Of a stretch of DNA of 24,000 bases, positions 1-7,314 are shown piece by piece. A program made the translations under genes and the position numbers. The stretch lies in contig NZ_JBAIYT010000015.1 of NCBI RefSeq assembly GCF_036763125.1, positions 1,317 to 25,316 on the forward strand. The letters run 5' to 3'. Under the pieces are notes generated by a model. The model had not been told where the DNA came from. It did not search any database and saw only the letters and a list, made by a program, of their open reading frames with translations. Every line of letters begins with the position of its first letter. Position 1 is the stretch's first letter. The stretch comes from Nitratidesulfovibrio sp. 1201_IL3209 (lineage in GTDB: Bacteria; Desulfobacterota; Desulfovibrionia; Desulfovibrionales; Desulfovibrionaceae).

Positions 1-145
1 GCACTCCCGGCTGCCGCGTCGCGGCAAAAAAATACTGCCTTCGGCGGCGCATCCTGCTATACTGGAAGGGATACCCCTCGTCCTCGTGCGGGAAGGCGAG
101 GGCGGGACAAAAAAAAATCGCATTCCGCGCGAAATTCCCCGTGGT

Positions 146-161
146 TTTGATGCCCGTCACA
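146..161. promoter_or_regulatory. Candidate Crp/Fnr (HcpR)-type box TTTGA-N6-TCACA upstream of hcp
   Basis: TTTGATGCCCGTCACA matches 9 of 10 positions of the TGTGA-N6-TCACA core. A -10-like TATTGT at 183-188 puts the box centre near -41.5 of a predicted start around 195, which is class II activator geometry. Confidence 0.5.
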
Positions 162-252
162 TCGCGCATCCGCCCCCCGGACTATTGTGCACTCAACGAC
201 GGGGCAAAAGGCCCGGCAACGATGTGAGCGTACCGGATGTGCCCGATGCGCT

Positions 253-279
253 AGACGCGCCAGACGCGTCAAACGCGCC
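253..279. repeat. Three tandem 9-nt units in the hcp leader
   Basis: AGACGCGCC / AGACGCGTC / AAACGCGCC occur back to back. Confidence 0.6.
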
Positions 280-412
280 GATCCGGAGACGCCGCCCCGC
301 CGAACCGCAACCACGACGGAGCGAGCCCATGGTCCTTTCGAAGATTTTAGGCCTGTTCGGCCTGTCTGGTCAGTCCGGCCACAAGAACGAACCCCAGAAA
401 AAGGAGAGCCCC

Positions 413-2032
413 ATGTCCATGTTCTGCAACCAGTGTGAACAGACCGCCAAGGGTACCGGCTGCACCACCATCGGCGTGTGCGGCAAGCAGCCCGAAGTCG
501 CCGCCCTGCAGGATCTGACCGTCTACGCCCTGCGCGGCCTGGCCCTGGTGGCGCTGGAAGCCCGCAAGAAAGGCATCGTGGACCCGGCCATCGACCACTA
601 CGGGGCCAAGGCCCTGTTCACCACGCTGACCAACGTCAACTTCGACCCGGCCCGCTTCCAGGCGTACATCAACGAGATCGTCAAGCACCGCAACGCCCTG
701 GCCGCCCGCGCGGGCGTGTCGGTTAGCTCCGGCCCGGCCTCGTTCCAGCCCGCCGCCACCCTGGACGGCCTGGGCGCCCAGGCCGAAATCGGCGCGCTCA
801 CCGCCGACAAGAGCGACCCGGACATCGTCTCGCTGAAGCAGACCCTGCTCTACGGCATGAAGGGCCTGGCCGCCTACGCCGACCACGCCGCCGTGCTGGG
901 CCAGACCGATCCCGAAGTGTTCGCCTTCCTGTTCAAGGGCCTGGCCGCCGGGTACGACGGCGTGCAGCGCGACCTTGGCCAGTGGGTGGAACTTGCCCTG
1001 GAATGCGGCAAGACCAACCTGCGCGCCATGGAACTGCTGGACGCGGGCAACACCGGCACCTACGGCCACCCCGTGCCCACCCAGGTGCCGCTGGGCCATC
1101 GCAAGAACAAGTGCATCCTGGTTTCCGGCCACGACCTGCGCGACCTGCACGAACTGCTGAAGCAGACCGAAGGCAAGGGCATCGACATCTACACCCACGG
1201 TGAAATGCTGCCCACGCACGGGTACCCGGAACTGAAGAAGTACCCCCACTTCTACGGCCACTTCGGCACCGCCTGGCAGAACCAGCACAAGGAATTCCCG
1301 GCCTTCCCCGGCGCCATCCTGTTCACCACCAACTGCATCCAGAAGCCGCAGGATTCGTACAAGGACCGCGTGTTCACCACCGGCCTCGTGGGCTGGCCCG
1401 GCCTCGTGCACTGCGAGAACTACGACTTCTCGGCCGTGATCAGGAAGGCGCAGGAACTGCCCGGCTTCACCGAGGACGCGCCCGGCAAGAACGTGCTGGT
1501 GGGCTTCGGCCACAACACCGTCATGAGCGTGGCCGGCCAGGTCATCGACGCGGTGAAGTCCGGCGCCATCCGCCACTTCTTCCTGGTGGGCGGCTGCGAC
1601 GGCGCCAAGCCCGGCCGCAACTACTACACCGAGTTCGTGGAAAAGACCCCCAAGGACACCGTGGTGCTCACGCTGGCCTGCGGCAAGTTCCGCTTCTTCG
1701 ACAAGGAACTGGGCGACATCGGCGGCATTCCGCGCCTGCTGGACGTGGGCCAGTGCAACGACGCCTACTCGGCCATCCAGATCGCCGTGGCCCTGGCTGG
1801 CGCCTTCGAGTGCGGCGTGAACGACCTGCCCCTGTCGCTGGTGCTCTCGTGGTACGAGCAGAAGGCCGTGGTCATCCTGCTCACGCTGCTGGCCCTCGGT
1901 ATCAAGGACATCCGCCTCGGACCGTCACTGCCCGCGTTCATCACCCCCAACGTGCTGAACTTCCTGGTGCAGAACTACAACATCAAGCCCATCACCACCC
2001 CGGACGAAGACCTGAAGGCCATCCTGGGGTAA
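413..2032 (+). CDS. hcp: Hybrid cluster protein (Hcp, hydroxylamine reductase type)
   Basis: In ORF 86..2032 the internal ATG at 413 is preceded by AAAGGAGAG (about 401-409). The product begins MSMFCNQCEQTAKGTGCTTIGVCGK, the N-terminal Cys cluster motif of Hcp. The remainder is full-length Hcp-like (about 539 aa), ending ...DEDLKAILG with TAA at 2030-2032. Confidence 0.95.
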   Translation: MSMFCNQCEQTAKGTGCTTIGVCGKQPEVAALQDLTVYALRGLALVALEARKKGIVDPAIDHYGAKALFTTLTNVNFDPARFQAYINEIVKHRNALAARAGVSVSSGPASFQPAATLDGLGAQAEIGALTADKSDPDIVSLKQTLLYGMKGLAAYADHAAVLGQTDPEVFAFLFKGLAAGYDGVQRDLGQWVELALECGKTNLRAMELLDAGNTGTYGHPVPTQVPLGHRKNKCILVSGHDLRDLHELLKQTEGKGIDIYTHGEMLPTHGYPELKKYPHFYGHFGTAWQNQHKEFPAFPGAILFTTNCIQKPQDSYKDRVFTTGLVGWPGLVHCENYDFSAVIRKAQELPGFTEDAPGKNVLVGFGHNTVMSVAGQVIDAVKSGAIRHFFLVGGCDGAKPGRNYYTEFVEKTPKDTVVLTLACGKFRFFDKELGDIGGIPRLLDVGQCNDAYSAIQIAVALAGAFECGVNDLPLSLVLSWYEQKAVVILLTLLALGIKDIRLGPSLPAFITPNVLNFLVQNYNIKPITTPDEDLKAILG

Positions 2033-2070
2033 ACCGGGCTCACGCCGAAACGACGAGAACAACGAGAGAT

Positions 2071-2098
2071 GGAGGGGGCGGCACGGGCCGCCTCCTCC
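2071..2098 (+). terminator. GC-rich hairpin 40 nt after the hcp stop (terminator or processing/attenuation structure)
   Basis: GGAGGGGGCGGC-acgg-GCCGCCTCCTCC forms a 12-bp stem with one G-U pair and a 4-nt loop. No U-tract follows. Confidence 0.35.
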
Positions 2099-2140
2099 CC
2101 CTCCCCCGCTCCGGCATCCCCGTACCTGAAGACCACGGGG

Positions 2141-2193
2141 GCAACGGGGCCGCAGCGACCGCAACGACCGCCGCAACGACCGCCGCAACGCCC
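2141..2193. repeat. Tandem 9-12 nt GCAACGRCC-type repeats in the hcp-frdx spacer
   Basis: gcaacgggg ccgcagcgacc gcaacgacc gccgcaacgacc gccgcaacgccc; the GCAACG core recurs at about 2141, 2161, 2173 and 2185. Confidence 0.6.
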
Positions 2194-2274
2194 GGCATCA
2201 CCGACCAGCCCCGCGACCGGCAACCGGCGGGGGGCCACCGCCCGCGCTCCGACCCGCGGACAAGGACCACAGAC

Positions 2275-3162
2275 ATGAACACCACCCGGAACATCCTGGA
2301 AATCGACGAGGAACGTTGCGACGGCTGCGGCGCGTGCGTGCTGGACTGTGCCGAAGGCGCCATCGCCATCGTGGACGGCAAGGCCAAGATCGTTTCCGAC
2401 AGCTTCTGCGACGGCCTCGGCGCGTGCATCGGCAGTTGCCCGCAGGGCGCGCTGCGCATCATCCAGCGCGAGGCCGTGCCCTTCGACGAGGAAGCGGCCA
2501 TGGAGCACGTGCGCACGCGCGACGGCGCGCAGCCCCGCTCCGGCGACCATCACGCCCCCCACGGCAGGCCCGACGGGCACGGCGTGCACGGGCACTACGG
2601 CCTTGCCCGTCAAACAGAACGGGCAGAACAGGCAGAACAGGCCGGACAGGCCGGGCACGGACACGGTCATGGTCATGGTCACGGACACGGTCATGGCGGC
2701 GGCCATGGCGGTTGCCCCGGTTCCATGATCCGCAGCTTCGCCAAGGCCGACGCGCCCGTATTCGGCGTGGCCCAAGGCCCGGTGTCCGGCCCCGGCCACT
2801 GGCCGCTGAAGATCCGCCTGGTGCCGCCCACGGCCCCCTACCTGAAGGACGCCGACGTGCTGGTGGCGGCGGACTGCGCGGCGGCGGCCTCGCCCCTGTT
2901 CCACAGCCACTTCGCCAGGGGCAAGGTGGTGCTCATCGGCTGTCCCAAGTTCGACGACACCGACGCCTACGCCCAGCGCCTGGCCGACATCCTGGCCACC
3001 AGCGGCATCCGGTCCATGACCGTGCTGCGCATGGAAGTGCCCTGCTGCCGTGGACTCACCGCAGCCCTGGCCAAAGCCCGCGAGCTTTCCGGCACCAACG
3101 TGCCGCTGAACGAAATGGTCATGACGTGCCAGGGCGCCCCGGCGCCCACACCTCTGGCCTGA
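2275..3162 (+). CDS. Ferredoxin-domain iron-sulfur protein downstream of hcp (Frdx-like) with His/Gly-rich linker and Cys-containing C-terminal domain
   Basis: ATG at 2275 lies inside ORF 1753..3162. The N-terminus is MNTTRNILEIDEERCDGCGACVLDCAEG (CxxCxxCxxxC), followed by a second cluster-like motif FCDGLGACIGSCPQG. Then comes a linker ...AEQAEQAGQAGHGHGHGHGHGHGHGGGHGG and a C-terminal domain with ...LVAADCAAA...LIGCPKFDD...EVPCCRGL. The hcp-adjacent position is typical of the hcp-frdx pair. Confidence 0.8.
   Translation: MNTTRNILEIDEERCDGCGACVLDCAEGAIAIVDGKAKIVSDSFCDGLGACIGSCPQGALRIIQREAVPFDEEAAMEHVRTRDGAQPRSGDHHAPHGRPDGHGVHGHYGLARQTERAEQAEQAGQAGHGHGHGHGHGHGHGGGHGGCPGSMIRSFAKADAPVFGVAQGPVSGPGHWPLKIRLVPPTAPYLKDADVLVAADCAAAASPLFHSHFARGKVVLIGCPKFDDTDAYAQRLADILATSGIRSMTVLRMEVPCCRGLTAALAKARELSGTNVPLNEMVMTCQGAPAPTPLA
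2615..2712 (+). repeat. Length-in-frame 9-nt tandem repeats followed by a (GGN-CAY)n tract inside the frdx-like CDS
   Basis: cagaacggg cagaacagg cagaacagg ccggacagg ccgggcacg is followed by gga cac ggt cat ggt cat ggt cac gga cac ggt cat ggc ggc ggc cat. Together they encode ...ERAEQAEQAGQAGHGHGHGHGHGHGHGGGHGG. Confidence 0.8.
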
Positions 3163-3200
3163 CGCCCCGGCACTTCGCCAGACCTCCTGCCCACGACGCA

Positions 3201-3236
3201 CGGCCCGCAACGCGGGCCGCGCGCCGTTCCGCGCGT
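3201..3236 (+). terminator. Two adjacent hairpins after the frdx-like gene
   Basis: The first is CGGCCCGC-aac-GCGGGCCG (8 bp). The second is CGCGC-cgttcc-GCGCG followed by TT. Both lie about 40 nt after the stop at 3162. Confidence 0.4.
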
Positions 3237-3360
3237 TGGTAAACCCCGGTCACAAAAAGGATGACGAAACGGCCCCGCCTTGCATACAGTGCGATACGGG
3301 GAAACACTGGCGGCGTCCTTCAGGGGAAGGGCCGTCGCATGGCGGCATCGGGGGCGTTCC

Positions 3361-4557
3361 ATGAACGACTACGAACTGCGTAAATTCGTCGCGCCGGAAT
3401 TCGTGTTCGGCTACGGCGCGGCCGGTCTGGCGGGCCGACATGCCCGCAACCTCGGCGCATCGCGATGCCTCGTGGTGTCCGACCAGGGCGTGGCGGCGGC
3501 TGGACATACCGAGGCGGTGGTCCGCACCCTGCGCGACGAAGGCATTGCCTGCGCGACCTTTCTGGGGGTGTCGGAAAACCCCCGCGATACCGAAGTGATG
3601 CAGGGCAGCGAAGTGTTCCGCGCCGAAGGGTGCGACGCCATCGTGGCCGTGGGCGGCGGCAGTCCCATGGACTGTGCCAAGGGCATCGGCATCGTGGTGG
3701 CCAACGGCGGCCACATCCTGGACTACGAGGGGGTGGACGCCATCCCCAAGCCCATGCCCCCGCTGGTCTGCGTGCCCACCACGGCGGGCAGTTCCGCCGA
3801 CGTCTCGCAGTTCGCCATCATCCGCGACACGCCGCGCAAGGTGAAGATCGCCATCGTCAGCAAGGCCAACGTGCCCGACGTGGCCCTGGTGGACCCGCTG
3901 ACCACCCTGACCAAGCCGCGCGACCTCACCGCCGCCACCGGGCTCGACGCCCTGACCCACGCCGTGGAGGCCTACGCCTCCAACGCCCATTCGCCCGTCA
4001 CCGACATGTTCGCCCTTGAGGCCATCCGGGGCATCGGAACAGCCCTGTTCGACGTACTGGACGACCTGCACGACAGGGACGCCCGGGCGCGCATGGCCCT
4101 TGGCAGCATGAACGCGGGGCTGGCCTTCTCCAACGCCATCCTGGGTGCGGTGCACGCCCTGTCGCACAGCCTGGGCGGCCTGCTGGACCTGCCCCACGGC
4201 GAATGCAACGCCCTGCTGCTGCCCTTCGTGGTGCGACGCAACTTCACGGCGGCCCCGCAGCGCTACCGCCGCGTGGCCGAAGCGCTGGGCGTGGCCAAGG
4301 CGCTGGGTGGGGACGGTACGCCGGGCGCGGGCGGGCCCCTCGCCGCCCCGGACGACGAGGTGCGCGACGCCCTGTTCGCCCGGCTTGGCGACATGCGCCG
4401 CCGGGCCGGGTTCGACAAGGGGCTCGCCCAGTACGGGGTCACCCGGGGACAACTGGCGGAACTGGCGCGCCTGGCGCTGGACGATCCCTGCCTGTCCACC
4501 AATCCGGCCCCGCTCGACGCGCGCGAACTGGAAGCATTGTATGCCGAAGCGCTCTGA
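3361..4557 (+). CDS. Iron-containing (group III) alcohol dehydrogenase family protein
   Basis: ATG at 3361 (MNDYELRKFVAPEFVFGYGA...) lies within ORF 3280..4557. It has the GGGSPMDCAKG dinucleotide-fold motif and metal-ligand-type histidines in LDALTHAVEAY and VHALSHSLGGLLDLPHGECNA. The C-terminus ...NPAPLDARELEALYAEAL is typical of Fe-ADH. Confidence 0.85.
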   Translation: MNDYELRKFVAPEFVFGYGAAGLAGRHARNLGASRCLVVSDQGVAAAGHTEAVVRTLRDEGIACATFLGVSENPRDTEVMQGSEVFRAEGCDAIVAVGGGSPMDCAKGIGIVVANGGHILDYEGVDAIPKPMPPLVCVPTTAGSSADVSQFAIIRDTPRKVKIAIVSKANVPDVALVDPLTTLTKPRDLTAATGLDALTHAVEAYASNAHSPVTDMFALEAIRGIGTALFDVLDDLHDRDARARMALGSMNAGLAFSNAILGAVHALSHSLGGLLDLPHGECNALLLPFVVRRNFTAAPQRYRRVAEALGVAKALGGDGTPGAGGPLAAPDDEVRDALFARLGDMRRRAGFDKGLAQYGVTRGQLAELARLALDDPCLSTNPAPLDARELEALYAEAL

Positions 4558-6328
4558 CGACCTGCGGGAAAAACTCATCGGGCTCGGGCAGGCCTCCACG
4601 CGCAAGAGCTACTACCCGGAACTGAAGGAGCGCCTCCAGCAACTGGAACTGTTCCGCGCCCTGCTGGAAAGCGCGGGCGACGGGGTGCTGCTGCTGGACG
4701 CCGATACCCTGGTGGTGCTGGACGCCAACGGCGCGGCCTGCCGCTTCGCCGGGCTGCCGTGGGAGGCCCTGACCGGCCGCCCGCTGGCGGCGGCGTTTCC
4801 CGAACTGGCCGGGTGGAAGCCGCGCCTGGAGGGCGGCGCGGAGGGTGGCGCGCCGCAGGACGGCCCGCGCACCGGCGCATGGCACATGGCCGACGCCGTC
4901 CCCACGGCCACCGGCGAAGAGCGCCGCCTGATCCGCCAGCCCTCGCAGGGGGGCGGCCTGTGGCTGGAACTGGCCCTGAAGCGCCACGACATCGGCGGAC
5001 AGCCCTACGTCTCGTGCATCGCGCGCGACGTGTCGGAACGGCTGCGCGCCGAAGAGGAGTTGCGCGAGAGCGAGCGCAAGTACCGGGCGCTGTTCGAGGC
5101 GGCCAACGACGCCATCTTCCTGATCCGCGACGGCCTGGTGCGCGACGCCAACCGCCGGGCCTGCGAGCTGTTCGGCAGGCCCCTGGACCAGTTGACCTCC
5201 ATGGCCCCGCGCGACCTTTCGCCGCCGGAGCAGCCCCGCTCCGGAGACACCCGGCTGGTGGAGGAGATGCGCCTGGCCAAGGCCCTGGCTGGCGAGCCGC
5301 AGTTCTTCGAATGGACGCACCTGCGCGCGGACGGCGCCCCCTTCGACTGCGAGATTTCCCTCAGCCGGTTCACCCTGCGGGGGGAACCGTGGCTCATCGC
5401 CATCATCCGCGACGTGACCGAGCAGAAGAAGCTGCGCGAGATCATGGTGCAGACGGAAAAGATGATGTCCGTGGGGGGCGTGGCCGCGGGCATGGCGCAC
5501 GAGATCAACAACCCCCTGTCGGCCATCACCCAGTCGGCGCAGAACCTGCAACGCCGCCTTGCCCCCGGCGTGCCGGACAACGAGGCCGCCGCACTGATGG
5601 CGGGCGTGGACCTGGAGCGCGTGCGGCACTACTTCGAACTGCGCGGGCTGGCCAAACTGGTGACCAACATCCGCGAGGCCTGCGCCCGCGCCGCGGACAT
5701 CGTGCGGCACATGCTGGATTTCGCCCGGCGCAGCGACGCCGAGCGCAGCGAATGCGACCTGTCGGTGCTGCTGGACCGGGCTGTGGAACTGGCCGAAAAC
5801 GACTACGACCTCAAGAAACGCCACGACTTCCGCAACATCCGGATCATCCGGGAGTACGCGCCCGGCACGCCCAGGGCGGAATGCGCCCCCACCGAGATCG
5901 AACAGGTGCTGTTCAACCTGCTGAAGAACGCCTCGCAGGCCATCTCGCGGAAGACCTACCCGCAGAGGGAAAAGCCGCGCATCATCCTGCGCGTGGGCAC
6001 GCAACGCGGCGTGCCCGGCCTGCCCGGTCTGCCCGACGGGGCCGGAAGGAGCGATGGAAGCGGGGAGCCCGCCGCTCCGGGGGCCGACGCCGACTACGTG
6101 CGGGTGGAAGTGGAGGACAACGGGCCGGGCATGGACGAGAGGACGCGGGTACGGGCGTTCGAGCCGTTCTTCACCACCAAGCCGCCCGGCGAAGGCACGG
6201 GACTGGGCCTTTCGGTGTCGTACTTCATCGTCAGCCGCAACCACGGCGGGCACATCATGGTGGAATCGCAGCCGGGCCTGTGGTGCCGCTTCACGGTGCT
6301 GCTGCCCGCCGTGCGGCGCGGCGCGTAG
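4541..6328 (+). CDS. Cytoplasmic PAS-PAS sensor histidine kinase (no cognate response regulator in window)
   Basis: ATG at 4541 (MPKRSDDLREKLIGLGQASTRKSYYPELKERLQQLELFRALLE...) overlaps the ADH stop by 17 nt in another frame. There are two PAS-like segments (LLESAGDGVLLLD..., YRALFEAANDAIFLIRDG...IIRDVTEQKK). The H-box is GMAHEINNPLSAI and the ATPase motifs are VEDNGPGMDE, FEPFFTTKPPGEGTGLGLSVSY. No hydrophobic TM segments are evident. Confidence 0.85.
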   Translation: MPKRSDDLREKLIGLGQASTRKSYYPELKERLQQLELFRALLESAGDGVLLLDADTLVVLDANGAACRFAGLPWEALTGRPLAAAFPELAGWKPRLEGGAEGGAPQDGPRTGAWHMADAVPTATGEERRLIRQPSQGGGLWLELALKRHDIGGQPYVSCIARDVSERLRAEEELRESERKYRALFEAANDAIFLIRDGLVRDANRRACELFGRPLDQLTSMAPRDLSPPEQPRSGDTRLVEEMRLAKALAGEPQFFEWTHLRADGAPFDCEISLSRFTLRGEPWLIAIIRDVTEQKKLREIMVQTEKMMSVGGVAAGMAHEINNPLSAITQSAQNLQRRLAPGVPDNEAAALMAGVDLERVRHYFELRGLAKLVTNIREACARAADIVRHMLDFARRSDAERSECDLSVLLDRAVELAENDYDLKKRHDFRNIRIIREYAPGTPRAECAPTEIEQVLFNLLKNASQAISRKTYPQREKPRIILRVGTQRGVPGLPGLPDGAGRSDGSGEPAAPGADADYVRVEVEDNGPGMDERTRVRAFEPFFTTKPPGEGTGLGLSVSYFIVSRNHGGHIMVESQPGLWCRFTVLLPAVRRGA

Positions 6329-6344
6329 CTTCACGCCGCCGTCG

Positions 6345-7034
6345 TCAGAGCGTCTCGTCTCCGTCGGCCAACGCCTGGAGATAGTCGCGGTCCACGATGG
6401 TCACCTCGCGCCCGTCCACGGAAACGGCCCCCCGTTCGGCCAGCTTTCCGAGGCAGCGCGAAAGCGTCTCGCGCGCGGTGCCCAGCATGCCCGCCAGCAC
6501 TCCCTTGGCCATGTCCAGCCGGAAGGTGTCCGCGTCGCCCTTCAGTTCGCTGGCGTGCAGCAGGTAGGCGGCAAGGCGCTGCGGCGTCTCGTGCAGGGTC
6601 AGGGATTCCACCTTGGTGGTGAACACGCGCAGCTTGCGCGACAGCGCGGCCAGCATGTTCATGGCCAGGGTGGGGTCGCGGGTGATGCGGTCCACCAGGC
6701 CCTTGCGCGGCAAAAACAGCACGCGCGCATTCTCCACGGCCATGGCGTGGGCGGGAAAGGTGCCGCCCTGGAACACCGCCACCTCGCCGAAGGTCTCGCC
6801 GGGGCCCATCACGTGCATCACGGCCTCGCGCCCGTCGGGCGCGGTCTTGAATATCTTCACGCGGCCCTCGGCCACCACGTAGAAGCCTTCCGCCGGGGAC
6901 GATTCGAAGAAGATCATCTGGCCCTTGTCCACGCGGCGGTCCACCACGATGCCCGCAAGCCCTTCCAACTGGGCGTCGGAAAGCCCGTCGAAAAGGGGCA
7001 GGCGTTCGATGATGCGGCGGTTCTGCTGGGTCAC
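6345..7034 (-). CDS. hcpR: Crp/Fnr-family transcriptional regulator, probable HcpR
   Basis: ORF 6345..7457 is trimmed to a GTG at 7034, preceded by AGAGG about 8 nt upstream, giving 229 aa (VTQQNRRIIERLPLFDGLSDAQL...). It has a cNMP-binding-type beta-barrel (GEGFYVVAEGRVKIF...GETFGEVAVF) and a C-terminal HTH (LAGMLGTARETLSRCLGKLAERG). The HcpR assignment rests only on family plus proximity to hcp-frdx. Confidence 0.75.
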   Translation of the reverse strand: MTQQNRRIIERLPLFDGLSDAQLEGLAGIVVDRRVDKGQMIFFESSPAEGFYVVAEGRVKIFKTAPDGREAVMHVMGPGETFGEVAVFQGGTFPAHAMAVENARVLFLPRKGLVDRITRDPTLAMNMLAALSRKLRVFTTKVESLTLHETPQRLAAYLLHASELKGDADTFRLDMAKGVLAGMLGTARETLSRCLGKLAERGAVSVDGREVTIVDRDYLQALADGDETL

Positions 7035-7050
7035 TGGCGTACCTCTGGTT

Positions 7051-7088
7051 GTTGTCGGGCGATGTCGGCGATGTCGGGCGGATGCGCC
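7051..7088. repeat. Tandem GWTGTCGG(G)C units directly upstream of the hcpR ribosome-binding site
   Basis: gttgtcgggc gatgtcggc gatgtcgggcg gatgcgcc: three good units plus one degenerate unit with 9-11 nt periodicity. They begin about 17 nt upstream of the GTG at 7034 on the minus strand. Confidence 0.6.
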
Positions 7089-7150
7089 ACAGCATAGGCC
7101 ACGTCGGCCCGCCGGGCAAGAACGGGCAGCATCCGCAACCGGTAGCCGGG

Positions 7151-7210
7151 ACCGACCGGAACCGGCCGTGACTGGTCGTGACCGGCCATGACTGGTCGTG
7201 GCTGGCCGGG
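7151..7210. repeat. 10-bp-periodic repeat block containing a 20-bp tandem duplication
   Basis: accggccgtgactggtcgtg (7161-7180) and accggccatgactggtcgtg (7181-7200) differ at 1 of 20 positions. Related 10-mers flank them: accgaccgga (7151-7160) and gctggccggg (7201-7210). Confidence 0.7.
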
Positions 7211-7314
7211 ATCGGCCCGCGCATCCCTGTTGCGGCCGTGCGCGGGGTGCGGTAAGCGACGGCAAGCCAAGGACGACCACGGGCGCCCGCGCCCCATCCA
7301 CAGGAGACCATTCC

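Noticed and set aside
86-412. A 109-codon N-terminal extension of the hcp ORF (MREGEGGTKKNRIPREIP...).
   Set aside because: It has no homology-like features. A strong RBS plus ATG at 413 yields the canonical Hcp N-terminus. The region also contains the candidate regulator box, A-tracts and tandem repeats expected of a leader or promoter.
1753-2274. An upstream extension of the frdx-like ORF that overlaps the end of hcp and runs through the spacer (PQRPQRPPQRPPQRP...).
   Set aside because: It is out of frame with hcp and overlaps it. The translation is repeat-driven low complexity. The ferredoxin domain starts right after the ATG at 2275.
3249-3266. GTCAC-aaaaagga-TGAC, a possible second Crp/Fnr (HcpR) site upstream of the ADH gene.
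   Set aside because: Only a 4-bp inverted repeat with wrong spacing for TGTGA-N6-TCACA, so it is indistinguishable from chance.
3271-3285. A sigma54-like element GG-N9-TTGCAT upstream of the ADH gene.
   Set aside because: The GG-to-GC spacing is one nt short of the strict GG-N10-GC requirement. The -24 region does not read TGGCAC. No enhancer-binding protein is encoded nearby.
4541-4557. The ADH/kinase overlap could reflect a frameshifted single fusion gene.
   Set aside because: The ADH has a complete family-typical C-terminus ending in a stop. The kinase has its own ATG and a complete N-terminal region. A 17-nt overlap in a different frame is ordinary translational coupling.
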